Notes: a model not told the origin generated them from the sequence alone. A stretch of DNA of 29,815 nt from Candidatus Thorarchaeota archaeon (GCA_029858305.1 JAOUFI010000025.1:1-29815), one strand, 5' to 3'. Numbered from the stretch's first letter, positions 10,227-18,993 are shown. Made by a program: numbers and translations.

Positions 10227-10272
10227 GAAGCCCCGGGCGGCTATGCCGCCCTTGAGTCACCAGTGGGGCTCC
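10227..10272 (-). promoter_or_regulatory. GC-rich structured 5' leader of hsp20-cdc48
   Basis: mRNA sense: GGAGCCCC-ACUGGUGACUCAA-GGGCGGC-AUA-GCCGCCC-GGGGCUUC. These nested stems lie just upstream of the GGAGG Shine-Dalgarno sequence. Confidence 0.5.
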
Positions 10273-10299
10273 TTTTCTGTACAGGTGCTAGTCAACACC

Positions 10300-10350
10300 T
10301 AGTATACCACATGGTATACTAATACCACTTGGTACAATAGGTATATAAAT
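10300..10350 (-). promoter_or_regulatory. TATA box with two tandem TACCA-N2-TGGTA palindromes (putative repressor operators)
   Basis: Minus-strand TTTATATA at 10349-10342. Perfect palindrome TAGTATACCA-CA-TGGTATACTA at 10300-10321 and a second TACCA-CT-TGGTA at 10323-10334. Confidence 0.7.
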
Positions 10351-10380
10351 CTTAGGAAATGCTCACCATCGGATTTTCAC

Positions 10381-10554
10381 TCAGATGTCAATATTCTCCT
10401 TTCGGAGAATATCACGTGCAACAAGCACCCCTGAAACTGATGCTTGCATAAGACCTCGAGTAATTCCTGCTCCATCTCAAATTGCATAGAGATTCGTCAT
10501 TTCTGTCTCAAGGTTATTCGAGAGTTTGAGTCTAGAACTGTAAAATTTGACTTC
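10381..10554 (-). pseudogene. Orphan 3' fragment of the FAD-dependent oxidoreductase gene (diverged duplicate of 17602-17778)
   Basis: Manual translation EVKFYSSRLKLSNNLETEMTNLYAI*DGAGITRGLMQASVSGVLVARDILRKENIDI* matches the C-terminus of the 17602-18993 protein at 42/57 residues. It has an in-frame TGA at 10479-10477 in place of Gly. Not in the ORF track. Confidence 0.93.
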
Positions 10555-10559
10555 CAGAA

Positions 10560-10935
10560 TTACTCCGATATTGTCAACATGATGTAGTCCTTTAATTCAT
10601 TAGGTATCGTACCAAGATCTTCTGCTATGTGGTCAGCTTCTTCTTGAGTTACATCAATTATCTTAATCTCTATTCCATCATCTCTAAAAGCTTTGAGCAC
10701 GATTTGAGCTTTTTCACTTGAATAATCCAAAACAATTTTTCGACCCAGTGAATGCAGAATCAGGTACGCATAAGCAGTAACGTAGAGTAGCTCGAATTGC
10801 TATGTCGCCATTATGATCAATAACCTGCCAGTAAAAACCAGTCGCAGACATCATTGATGCCGTTGTACTTGAAGGGGAGAACGACACCACTCGCAAGGGT
10901 ATTCTGTCTGAAGATTCAGTAGTTATAATTATCAA
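10560..10935 (-). pseudogene. Frameshifted remnant of an unknown gene at the island edge
   Basis: An open frame lacking a 5' start at 10799-10560 (QFELLYVTAYAYLILHSLGRKIVLDYSSEKAQIVLKAFRDDGIEIKIIDVTQEEADHIAEDLGTIPNELKDYIMLTISE*) could be joined by a frameshift near 10800 to the 10935 ORF. Confidence 0.45.
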
Positions 10936-11060
10936 ATAAAGATATGAGAATTTAATAGTTGGTTTGCTGTCAAATTATCTTGGTTAATATTAGTATATTG
11001 CATTAAGGCTAGCATTCGTCATGATTCTTTTTTCGATATATTGCCTTGGAGGAGTCAACC

Positions 11061-14000
11061 ATGGGATATGGAGATGGAATACTAAAGAGAGTGAATAAGA
11101 GGTCAAAATTGTTCTTTCGAGTTTGCGTTGTAATGATTTTTATAAGCATGATTTCATTGGTCGAATTTGAGTACGCTGCAAATCAAGCACTACCTGTTGA
11201 TAATCCATTGCAGATGTCCCGTGAGAACACAATTGAGAGTGATAATCCTCCACGAAATCCCTCTTCGTTGAAAGAACTTGTCCAAGAACTCATCGCTCTC
11301 CTACCTCCAGATCCACAGGATGCAGATGACGATGGACTCCCTGATATCGTGGAAAGGATTATCGGAACAAACTCTACATACAATGACACAGACCACGATT
11401 CATTGACTGATTACTTTGAGGTATTTGCAGATTCAGACCCCTTAGAACCAGATACAAACTTTGATGGAATGCCTGATAACCATGAGTTTTCTGTTTCAGT
11501 CAGTGACATCGATGGTGATGGTACACCGAATGTTTGGGACTTTGATAATGATGGCGATGGTGTCAATGATGACCTTGACGCAGACCCATTCAGAAGGACT
11601 AATACACGCATGAAATTTGATATGAGTATAGATTTGAGTGGTGTGCCAACATACATCACTTTTCAGTTGATACCTGCCAATGTCGAAAACCTACAGCTAA
11701 TAGACCAATTTTGGGACTGGCCCTATGATACAACTGGTGCCATGCAAGATTTGGATTCTTCCAAGGAAGATGTGAAAGTCATTCCAATGTTGAATATCAC
11801 ACTCAATGCAATTCCTGAACAGGCAGACGTGGAAGACTACGGAATTCAAGTGGTTTCGAATGGCATCCACGTGCCTATCAGTCCTGTTATGGAAAATGAG
11901 CGAGTAGTGGCGTTCAGTAGCAAAATGTTCTTTCCCGCAACTGAATCCTTTTGCTTGATGATGAGTGTAGAACTCGAATGGGAGGTCATCGGGTTTACAG
12001 ACATCAACGCAATTGCACTAAATTCCTCATCCAATGGATATGTAATAATAGATTCAACTGGATACGGTGTTGCGCGTGAATCCTCAATTGAGAATGCAGC
12101 CCTTCAACGTGTAATCTGTGGGAAGAACCAGATAGCACTCAAAGAAGTTGGTGGTGGTTATCTCTCAGTGACTGACGATGGTTGTGTAGTGGCAAATGCA
12201 ACCGATATCGGTTCTGATGAAACATTCACTGTTCACTATATCGATGATACCATCATCACTCTAGAGACTGCTGACCAGAATTATATTGGAATTGGAGATG
12301 GTGGATTTCTCATTGCTAATGCAAGTTCTTCAACAGCAGAGCGTTTCAATATGACTGACCTTGGATACAGACCTGATTCCACATTGCTTGTCACATATGA
12401 TGAAGGTTTCATGCTCACTGGAATGGCTGTTGAAGAGATGCATTCCAGTAGTGTAGGTTTATTCTATAGTTCAAACCGGGACATGACACTAGCATCTGAT
12501 ATGATTCTACCCTACATCTTTCTACATAATTCAACAAATCACCTTGCTGACATACCATCACTTCTACCAGATTACGACATCACCCTTCAATCCACAACAG
12601 ATGACTTTTCCCATCGTGACGAGGCACTGATCACCCTTAGTAATGAGCTAATCCCATCTGCTATGGAATACTTGCCTGACAATGAAAATTATCCAATCAT
12701 CATCGCGACTGAAGATGCGATGAAGACTGCAGACCTATCAGATATAGTTCCTGAATCATTTTTGATTACAGGTCCTATTGATCTGAATTTGACAGTATGT
12801 GATCTTGTGACATTGAAATCCTCCAAGACACACTTCTATAACACATCATCTAAGTCAGCTCTCTCTTTGATGGAGGTATTTGATGAGATTGATAGTTGGG
12901 CACTCAGCGAAAATGCCACATTCAACATCATGTCAATGATGCTCCGTTGGCACACTGGTGAATATACGATATTTGACCCAAGTACTCCAACGGTACCATA
13001 TTCACCTGAAACAAGCCTAGTGGATACGATTGTGTATGTGACAGGAATAGGAATGGAAGCACTCGGTGTGTATTCTCAAATTCTTACAGGATGGATGGCT
13101 TGGAAATGGTTGGGCTCCATGTATAATATACAGGGATTGAGCAAGGTAGAAGTTGGTGAGGTTCTTAATACCAAGAGCACAAACACCTTGACACAGTGGT
13201 TAAAGGCTTGCAAGAGTCTTGACAAGATTGATGATTCTGCAAAGTTCGCCAAATCTGTGAATCGCCTTGATGAATTCATGTTGATTGTAGGTATCATTAT
13301 TGATCTAGGGATCTCCATAACAGGGGGTATTATGCTAGCCAATAGTATCGGAGGTAGTTTTGGGAAAGCAGTAGGTGCCACCTTTGGTACGGTATCAGGC
13401 GTTGTTGGCCTAGCAATAACAGGTCTTCTCTATGGGATAGTCCAAATTCCTTATGTTGGATGGGTATTGGCCATTGGTATGGTCATTGCTGACATGATTG
13501 GTGGATTTTCAGATAAGCTTGTGTCGTGGTTGACAAGTGTGATTGTCGGTGATGTGGAGGTTTATTCTGAAGTGACACCTTCATTTGATCAAGAAGAAGA
13601 GTTTGATATCACAATTACAGACAAGGATAACAATGGACTTGATGCCAGAGATAGAATAGATGTTGTAGCTAGAATAATCGCTATTCTTAATGCGACAGGC
13701 CCTGGTAGAAGTAAGGGAATTCGTGATAGCTACAATATTCCAAAAATCACTATAGCTCCTCCATGGGGTGCTCTGTCCTCTAATACATGGTCGAGTGAAC
13801 CTGCTGAGGAAGATAGCAACACGATTTTTGGAGATAACTATACTGTCCAGGAGCGGACATACCGTTGTGAGGCATGGATTGAACCTAGTACAGGTATGCC
13901 CAACTTTCCAGTGACCCTTATCCTGCACAATGATTTCTATTTGAATAATATCTATCGTAATTATTGGCTTGGTTTTATCCCAGAATATCACTATCGACCA

Positions 14001-17000
14001 GTGAATGATTCCGAATCCACTCTAGAGTACGCAACTCTCTATTATGATGTGATGCCAAATAGTATTGACAGCTTCACTCGTTGGAGATACATAACTCCTC
14101 TCGACCATGACCATGATGGTCTGAATGATGAAGATGAACTCCCGGGCATGGCGTGGAAGTGGGACTATGACCAGGATGGTCTGAGTGATTATTATGAGAC
14201 GATCATCGGCTCAAACCCATGTTCGGCAGACACGGACGCTGATGGACTTCTTGATGGATGGGAACTGAATTATGGAACCAATATCACTGATAGAGACTCT
14301 GACAAGGATGAACTGAGAGACCTCAGAGAGATAGCAGGGTGGGAGGTCTCCTTCGAATTCGAATCCACACCATTCAAGATCCACGTCTATGCAGACCCTA
14401 GAATTCCTGATTCTGATGGTGATGGGATTGACGACTATGGCGAATACCGGAGTAACACCAATCCTCGATCTTATGACACGAATGGTGATGGGACATGGGA
14501 TGAAGAGAAGCCCATGATACAATATTCAATAGCGTTCGAACGTAGTTGGGGCATGGACCAGCCAATCAATACAACATTTGCTAATATTGAAAGTGACCTC
14601 AATGGAGACCTCTATGTCCTAATGGGGGATGGTGGATATTCAAGTGATAGTTACTATTATTCAGATGCAAGTACGTGGTGGATAACAAAACTGGATTCAA
14701 ATCTCAGCATTATACCAACAGGTTCCTATTTCTCGACTTTTGATGGAAACTCTGATTTTAAACCAGTATTAACAATCGACAAGGAAAATGAAACATTATA
14801 TTACCAAATTTACGTTGGGAGTCCTGGACATGGCAAGTTCGAATCATATAATCTCAATGGTAGTACGCATTATGGTACTATTGATTCTAGTATTATTATG
14901 ATGTTTGACGCTTGTTTTTCTCCACCTAACATGCTATATTATATTTGGCGCATCGAGGGTGATTGCCTTTCGTATAATGAGATTCTTTCGCCATCATCAT
15001 GGACTGAAATATGGACGGAATCTGTTGGCAATATTGAAACTGATTTAGGTACACTTGGTCAGCCCATTTCCTGTGCATATTCCAAAGAGAATCAACTCAT
15101 GTATGTTGCCTGTGAGAATAGAGTGTTTGGTTATGATCCTACTGGAACAATCAGCCCATTTCTCTTTGATGGGACATTCACTTTTCCAAGGGGAATTACA
15201 ATTAGTGATGACAATGTTATCTATGTTGCAGATACTGGTGGACATTGTATTCGTGCCTTTGATCTGAACGGGGAAACAATTCCCTCTTGGGGTATCAACG
15301 GAACCTATGGTTTCGAGGGTTATGAGGAGGGGAACTTCACAAATCCTATGGACATTACTTTTGGAACTGATGGTTCATTCTATGTTGTCGAGAATTGGGT
15401 CGAACATGGAAGAGTTCAGAAATTCGTGCAAAATAGTACATGTCTGAGTGATCAGCTCGTTGCTACCGATGATTCAGACTTTGATGGTCTCACAAATGAG
15501 GTCGAAGTAGCTGGATGGTCTACATCTATTACAGACTCCACCAGCACTCATCAGGTCAATGTCTACAGTAACCCTCTCCTCAATGATTCTGACTACGATG
15601 ATTTAGATGATTATACAGAGAATCAGATTGGAACTGATCCCCAAAGCATTGATTCTGATGGTGATGGTTTGAGTGATTCCATCGAGGTCGAGCTAGGTAC
15701 TGATCCTCTACATTGGGACTCAGATAGAGACCTGCTTGGTGATGGCATAGAGATCACCTATGGTTGCAGCCCTCTATCAGACGATACTGATACTGATGAA
15801 CTCACAGATTTTACAGAGTTCCTCCTTAATTCAGATGCAAATTCGACGGATACCGACAATGATGATCTCGATGACAAGACTGAGTTTGACTTCAATTCTA
15901 ATCTCTTGATTGCTGATTCGGATGGTGATCTCATGTTTGATGCACTTGAGTATGATGAGGGCACGGATCCCAACTCTCTCGATTCTGATGGCGATGATGT
16001 AGTCGATGGTATTGAGAAGATATATGGTACGAATACAATGTTAGCAGACTCAGATGGCGATGGAGCTTTTGATGGGCTCGAGATTGCGCTCTGGCTTAAT
16101 CCGCTCTGCAACGATACTGACGGTGATGGATTGGGCGACATGGATGAGTTAGAATTAGGTGTGAATCCATGGAGTAATGATACTGATTTTGACGGGATTC
16201 CTGACCTCTACGATCCTGATACCTACATCATAGATTTTCTTGATGTTCTCATCATTTCTGACTCAGACATTCTCCTAAGTAGTCAAGACTTTTGTGAAAA
16301 TCTGGATGAACTCGCTGATGTATCCCTTCTCTCCTGTAATGAGTTTACTTCAAGTTACAGAGATTCTCCATATGTCGTCATGATTGGTAGACCTGAGGCT
16401 AATGCAGAAGGAATATGCGGATTGATGTATGATGTCCTTGAGGATACTGGTAGTGTCCTTCAGGGAATGATGCAACCGGGAGCTCATAAGATTGCTACTC
16501 GATATGGTGTTTGGACAGAAACACAGACTGTGGTGATGTTGACCGATGCAACAGTGTATGATGTCTACTCAGTACTTGCTGCACTCAAAGGGAAGGAGGT
16601 AACAGTCCTTCCTGACACTATCCGGATTGAGTACACATCCTGTGCTGTGAATGCATCCAGCTATGCCGCCTTTTACCAGATGGATTCCATCGATGCCATC
16701 AAACAGACAGATTGTATTCTTGCCTTTATGATTGATTCATTAGAGAATGTCGTACTCAATGTGACGAGATATGCTGAGGAAACAACGCCTCATCCTCTAA
16801 CAGCTAGTTCTGGATTGATGAATAATGATGTATCTCTTGGAAGATACATAAACATCCAACTCACAGTTGGTGGAACAGGAACTCATGAGGTCAAAGAAGC
16901 ACTTGTCAAGATATATTATAGGCAATCTGATCTTGATAAGAACAACAATGGATTACTAAACGATACAGTGGATGTCAACGAAACAACATTGGTCCTCTAT

Positions 17001-17276
17001 CACTTTAATGATACAACTCAGACCTATACAAGACTATCTACTGATTTGGATTGGGTTCATGCATGGGGTGTGAATACCAGTGATGTTGAGATTTATGGCG
17101 AACTCTATGCGGGATATGTGTGGGCCAGAGTTGTTCACCTATCCATGTTTGCCATAGCTGGCTCAGTGAATGTATTGCCTATCCCGGACCAATCTCTCCT
17201 ACTGATTCTGATAGCATCCTCTGGAATTATTGGGATTCTTGCGCTAGTTGTCCTAATTAAACGGAGGAGACAATGA
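11061..17276 (+). CDS. Giant cell-surface protein: N-terminal signal/TM, DxDxDG Ca-binding (bacterial TSP3-like) repeats, fascin-like beta-trefoil, hydrophobic helical core, NHL repeats, PGF-pre-PGF-like domain, C-terminal TM anchor
   Basis: GGAGG at 11048 then ATG at 11061. Many DxDxDG..D..E...G.[DN]P repeats; IALKEVGGGYLSV...ETF (fascin-like); FTFPRGITISDDNVIYVADTGGHCIRAFD (NHL); ends LLLILIASSGIIGILALVVLIKRRRQ; many N-x-S/T sequons. Confidence 0.85.
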   Translation: MGYGDGILKRVNKRSKLFFRVCVVMIFISMISLVEFEYAANQALPVDNPLQMSRENTIESDNPPRNPSSLKELVQELIALLPPDPQDADDDGLPDIVERIIGTNSTYNDTDHDSLTDYFEVFADSDPLEPDTNFDGMPDNHEFSVSVSDIDGDGTPNVWDFDNDGDGVNDDLDADPFRRTNTRMKFDMSIDLSGVPTYITFQLIPANVENLQLIDQFWDWPYDTTGAMQDLDSSKEDVKVIPMLNITLNAIPEQADVEDYGIQVVSNGIHVPISPVMENERVVAFSSKMFFPATESFCLMMSVELEWEVIGFTDINAIALNSSSNGYVIIDSTGYGVARESSIENAALQRVICGKNQIALKEVGGGYLSVTDDGCVVANATDIGSDETFTVHYIDDTIITLETADQNYIGIGDGGFLIANASSSTAERFNMTDLGYRPDSTLLVTYDEGFMLTGMAVEEMHSSSVGLFYSSNRDMTLASDMILPYIFLHNSTNHLADIPSLLPDYDITLQSTTDDFSHRDEALITLSNELIPSAMEYLPDNENYPIIIATEDAMKTADLSDIVPESFLITGPIDLNLTVCDLVTLKSSKTHFYNTSSKSALSLMEVFDEIDSWALSENATFNIMSMMLRWHTGEYTIFDPSTPTVPYSPETSLVDTIVYVTGIGMEALGVYSQILTGWMAWKWLGSMYNIQGLSKVEVGEVLNTKSTNTLTQWLKACKSLDKIDDSAKFAKSVNRLDEFMLIVGIIIDLGISITGGIMLANSIGGSFGKAVGATFGTVSGVVGLAITGLLYGIVQIPYVGWVLAIGMVIADMIGGFSDKLVSWLTSVIVGDVEVYSEVTPSFDQEEEFDITITDKDNNGLDARDRIDVVARIIAILNATGPGRSKGIRDSYNIPKITIAPPWGALSSNTWSSEPAEEDSNTIFGDNYTVQERTYRCEAWIEPSTGMPNFPVTLILHNDFYLNNIYRNYWLGFIPEYHYRPVNDSESTLEYATLYYDVMPNSIDSFTRWRYITPLDHDHDGLNDEDELPGMAWKWDYDQDGLSDYYETIIGSNPCSADTDADGLLDGWELNYGTNITDRDSDKDELRDLREIAGWEVSFEFESTPFKIHVYADPRIPDSDGDGIDDYGEYRSNTNPRSYDTNGDGTWDEEKPMIQYSIAFERSWGMDQPINTTFANIESDLNGDLYVLMGDGGYSSDSYYYSDASTWWITKLDSNLSIIPTGSYFSTFDGNSDFKPVLTIDKENETLYYQIYVGSPGHGKFESYNLNGSTHYGTIDSSIIMMFDACFSPPNMLYYIWRIEGDCLSYNEILSPSSWTEIWTESVGNIETDLGTLGQPISCAYSKENQLMYVACENRVFGYDPTGTISPFLFDGTFTFPRGITISDDNVIYVADTGGHCIRAFDLNGETIPSWGINGTYGFEGYEEGNFTNPMDITFGTDGSFYVVENWVEHGRVQKFVQNSTCLSDQLVATDDSDFDGLTNEVEVAGWSTSITDSTSTHQVNVYSNPLLNDSDYDDLDDYTENQIGTDPQSIDSDGDGLSDSIEVELGTDPLHWDSDRDLLGDGIEITYGCSPLSDDTDTDELTDFTEFLLNSDANSTDTDNDDLDDKTEFDFNSNLLIADSDGDLMFDALEYDEGTDPNSLDSDGDDVVDGIEKIYGTNTMLADSDGDGAFDGLEIALWLNPLCNDTDGDGLGDMDELELGVNPWSNDTDFDGIPDLYDPDTYIIDFLDVLIISDSDILLSSQDFCENLDELADVSLLSCNEFTSSYRDSPYVVMIGRPEANAEGICGLMYDVLEDTGSVLQGMMQPGAHKIATRYGVWTETQTVVMLTDATVYDVYSVLAALKGKEVTVLPDTIRIEYTSCAVNASSYAAFYQMDSIDAIKQTDCILAFMIDSLENVVLNVTRYAEETTPHPLTASSGLMNNDVSLGRYINIQLTVGGTGTHEVKEALVKIYYRQSDLDKNNNGLLNDTVDVNETTLVLYHFNDTTQTYTRLSTDLDWVHAWGVNTSDVEIYGELYAGYVWARVVHLSMFAIAGSVNVLPIPDQSLLLILIASSGIIGILALVVLIKRRRQ
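15470..16220 (+). repeat. Tandem ~22-codon acidic Ca-binding repeats within the giant protein (smaller blocks near 11320-11590 and 14100-14500)
   Basis: Repeating D[ST]DxDxxxDxxExxxGxxPxxx units, e.g. DSDGDGLSDSIEVELGTDPLHW and DTDGDGLGDMDELELGVNPWSN. Confidence 0.85.
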
Positions 17277-17323
17277 GGTCAAAACACGGTAGGACTTTGA
17301 TGCCATTCGTAATGAGGTTTGTA

Positions 17324-17411
17324 CACCAGCTTCAGGAAACATCTTGCCACTTATGTAGCTGTGAACGATAGAGTACAACTTGAAACATATCAGGCAGTCC
17401 TTGATTCTTAA
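17324..17411 (+). pseudogene. Possible relic of a tyrosine recombinase/integrase catalytic box II
   Basis: CAC-c-AGC TTC AGG AAA CAT CTT GCC ACT reads H/SFRKHLATYVAVNDRVQLETYQAVLDS* after removing one base. This parallels HxLRHxxATxL...xDLxxVQxLLGH. The match is short and degenerate. Confidence 0.35.
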
Positions 17412-17601
17412 GAACTGTCGAGAAACAGCAATTGCACAGCGGAGTTGTCTTTCTTATTTCTCTGTTTTTAATCAGCTAGTCATATGAGGAGTCACTATTG
17501 TGAACCCGAAATGCAATAATATTTTCAACTACTCCATGACCGGTGACTTCCACCAATTAGTGGCTTGCCCCGTATAAGTGGTCGCAACATGTAATTCTTT
17601 C

Positions 17602-18993
17602 TTAAATTGTATCAATACCTTCCCTGCTGAGAATTTCACGTGCGACAATGACTCCGGAAACCGAGGCTTGTATGAGACCTCGCGTTATCCCCGCTCCGTC
17701 TCCAGCTGCAAATAGATTCGACACCTCGGTCTCAAGAACACTGGATAACTGGAGCCGGGACGAGTAGAACTTCACTTCTATTCCATAAAGAAGCGTACCA
17801 TCGTCTGCAACGCCAGGACAGAGTTTATTCAAGGCCTCCAACATCTCAAGTATGGAACTCAAGTGTCTAAATGGAAGGACAAAACTGAGGTCTCCAGGAG
17901 ACGCACTAGGAAGAGTAGGTCGTACCGGACTTCTAGCAATCCGCTCAGTGGTACTCCGTTTGCCTCTTCGCAGGTCTGCGAGTCTCTGAACTATAACTCC
18001 ATCGCCAAGCATATTGGCAAGACGTGCGATTGACTGACCGTATGCGATGGGTTCCTTAAAGGGAGCAGTGAAACGTGTAGAAACAAGGAGCGCAAAATTC
18101 GTGCTTGCTGTCTTCATATTAGCAAATGATTGCCCGTTGACTGTCAGAATCTCGTCATAATATTCTGTCGTAACAACTCCACCAGGATTAAAGCAGAACA
18201 CACGGACCTTATCGTCGAACTCTTTTGAGTAGTATACCAGCTTCGGTTCATAGAGTGCCTTTGCTATATCTCGCATTACTGGTTCGGGAATCTCAACTCG
18301 TAAACCAATATCCACGTAGTTGTTCTCAGTATGTAGATTCAATCGCGCTGCCTGCTTTGAAAGCCATTCATTGCCAACCCGACCTGGAGCTGCGATAACA
18401 TAACGCGCATTTATCATCTCTCCACCATTGGTCACAAGACCTTGGACAGCATGACCATTGATTTGTATATCCTTGGCTTCAGTATCGAAGAGGATTTTGA
18501 CGTGCTTCTGAACATCGTTGTACATTCGTCCCATAACATCTATACAGCCCTCACGTCCCATATGCCGTACTTTCTGGGGAATTAGCTCCATACCTATCAG
18601 TACAGCTTTCTGTGAGTAGTCTTCAATATCATCTTCATTCGCACCGTATATCTTGGTAGGAGCTCCGTAGGCAAGGTACTTTTGATCGACGTATTCAATC
18701 ATATCGGAGAGTCTCTTGTTGCCAATGAATTCATAGAGCCAACCTCCAACTTGTGTGGATTTAATCAATTTCCCATCAGAGAAAGAACCAGCTCCTCCCC
18801 AACCAGCTAGGATGTCACATGGATTACATTTTTTGCAGCCACGCGCTGAGTCGGAGTTTGGACAATGGCGCTTCTCAATGCTCTTTCCACGTTCAATTAT
18901 GATAATCTTTAGATCTGGTTTGTGTTCTATCATTTCGAGAGCACAAAATATTCCAGCAGGGCCGCTACCAACAATTGCCACGTCATAATCCAA
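17602..18993 (-). CDS. NAD(P)/FAD-dependent oxidoreductase (COG2509-like uncharacterised FAD dehydrogenase)
   Basis: DVAIVGSGPAGIF Rossmann motif, Cys cluster C..C..C.PC, GWGGAGSFSDGK, FCFNPGG, EVKFYS, GDGAGITRG. The true start is probably TTG at 18993 with GGAG upstream. The track's extension to 19278 overlaps the divergent neighbouring gene. Confidence 0.9.
   Translation of the reverse strand: MDYDVAIVGSGPAGIFCALEMIEHKPDLKIIIIERGKSIEKRHCPNSDSARGCKKCNPCDILAGWGGAGSFSDGKLIKSTQVGGWLYEFIGNKRLSDMIEYVDQKYLAYGAPTKIYGANEDDIEDYSQKAVLIGMELIPQKVRHMGREGCIDVMGRMYNDVQKHVKILFDTEAKDIQINGHAVQGLVTNGGEMINARYVIAAPGRVGNEWLSKQAARLNLHTENNYVDIGLRVEIPEPVMRDIAKALYEPKLVYYSKEFDDKVRVFCFNPGGVVTTEYYDEILTVNGQSFANMKTASTNFALLVSTRFTAPFKEPIAYGQSIARLANMLGDGVIVQRLADLRRGKRSTTERIARSPVRPTLPSASPGDLSFVLPFRHLSSILEMLEALNKLCPGVADDGTLLYGIEVKFYSSRLQLSSVLETEVSNLFAAGDGAGITRGLIQASVSGVIVAREILSREGIDTI

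Larger units (their letters stand above)
10555..17778. mobile_element. Putative degenerate integrated island inserted in the 3' end of the FAD oxidoreductase gene
   Basis: Bounded by two same-orientation homologous copies of the gene's last ~57 codons. Contains gene remnants, a possible integrase motif relic and one giant opposite-strand cargo gene. Confidence 0.6.

Noticed and set aside
10150-10272. tRNA suggested by GGGATTCGAAC and nearby GC-rich stems
   Set aside because: The motif lies inside the hsp20 coding sequence and no cloverleaf can be built.
10391-10412. Perfect 9-bp hairpin ATATTCTCC-GAAA-GGAGAATAT (minus strand) as an att or recombination site
   Set aside because: It lies inside the orphan coding fragment, is not at the junction and has no exact counterpart in the intact copy. 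Its function is unsupported.
10477-10479. In-frame TGA as selenocysteine, with the downstream GC hairpin as a SECIS element
   Set aside because: It aligns to the conserved Gly of the GD FAD-binding motif (probably GGA>TGA) rather than a Cys. The fragment has no credible start, and the hairpin lacks SECIS hallmarks.
15470-16220. CRISPR array or DNA-level tandem repeat
   Set aside because: The periodicity is at protein level with degenerate codons. There are no identical direct repeats with spacers.
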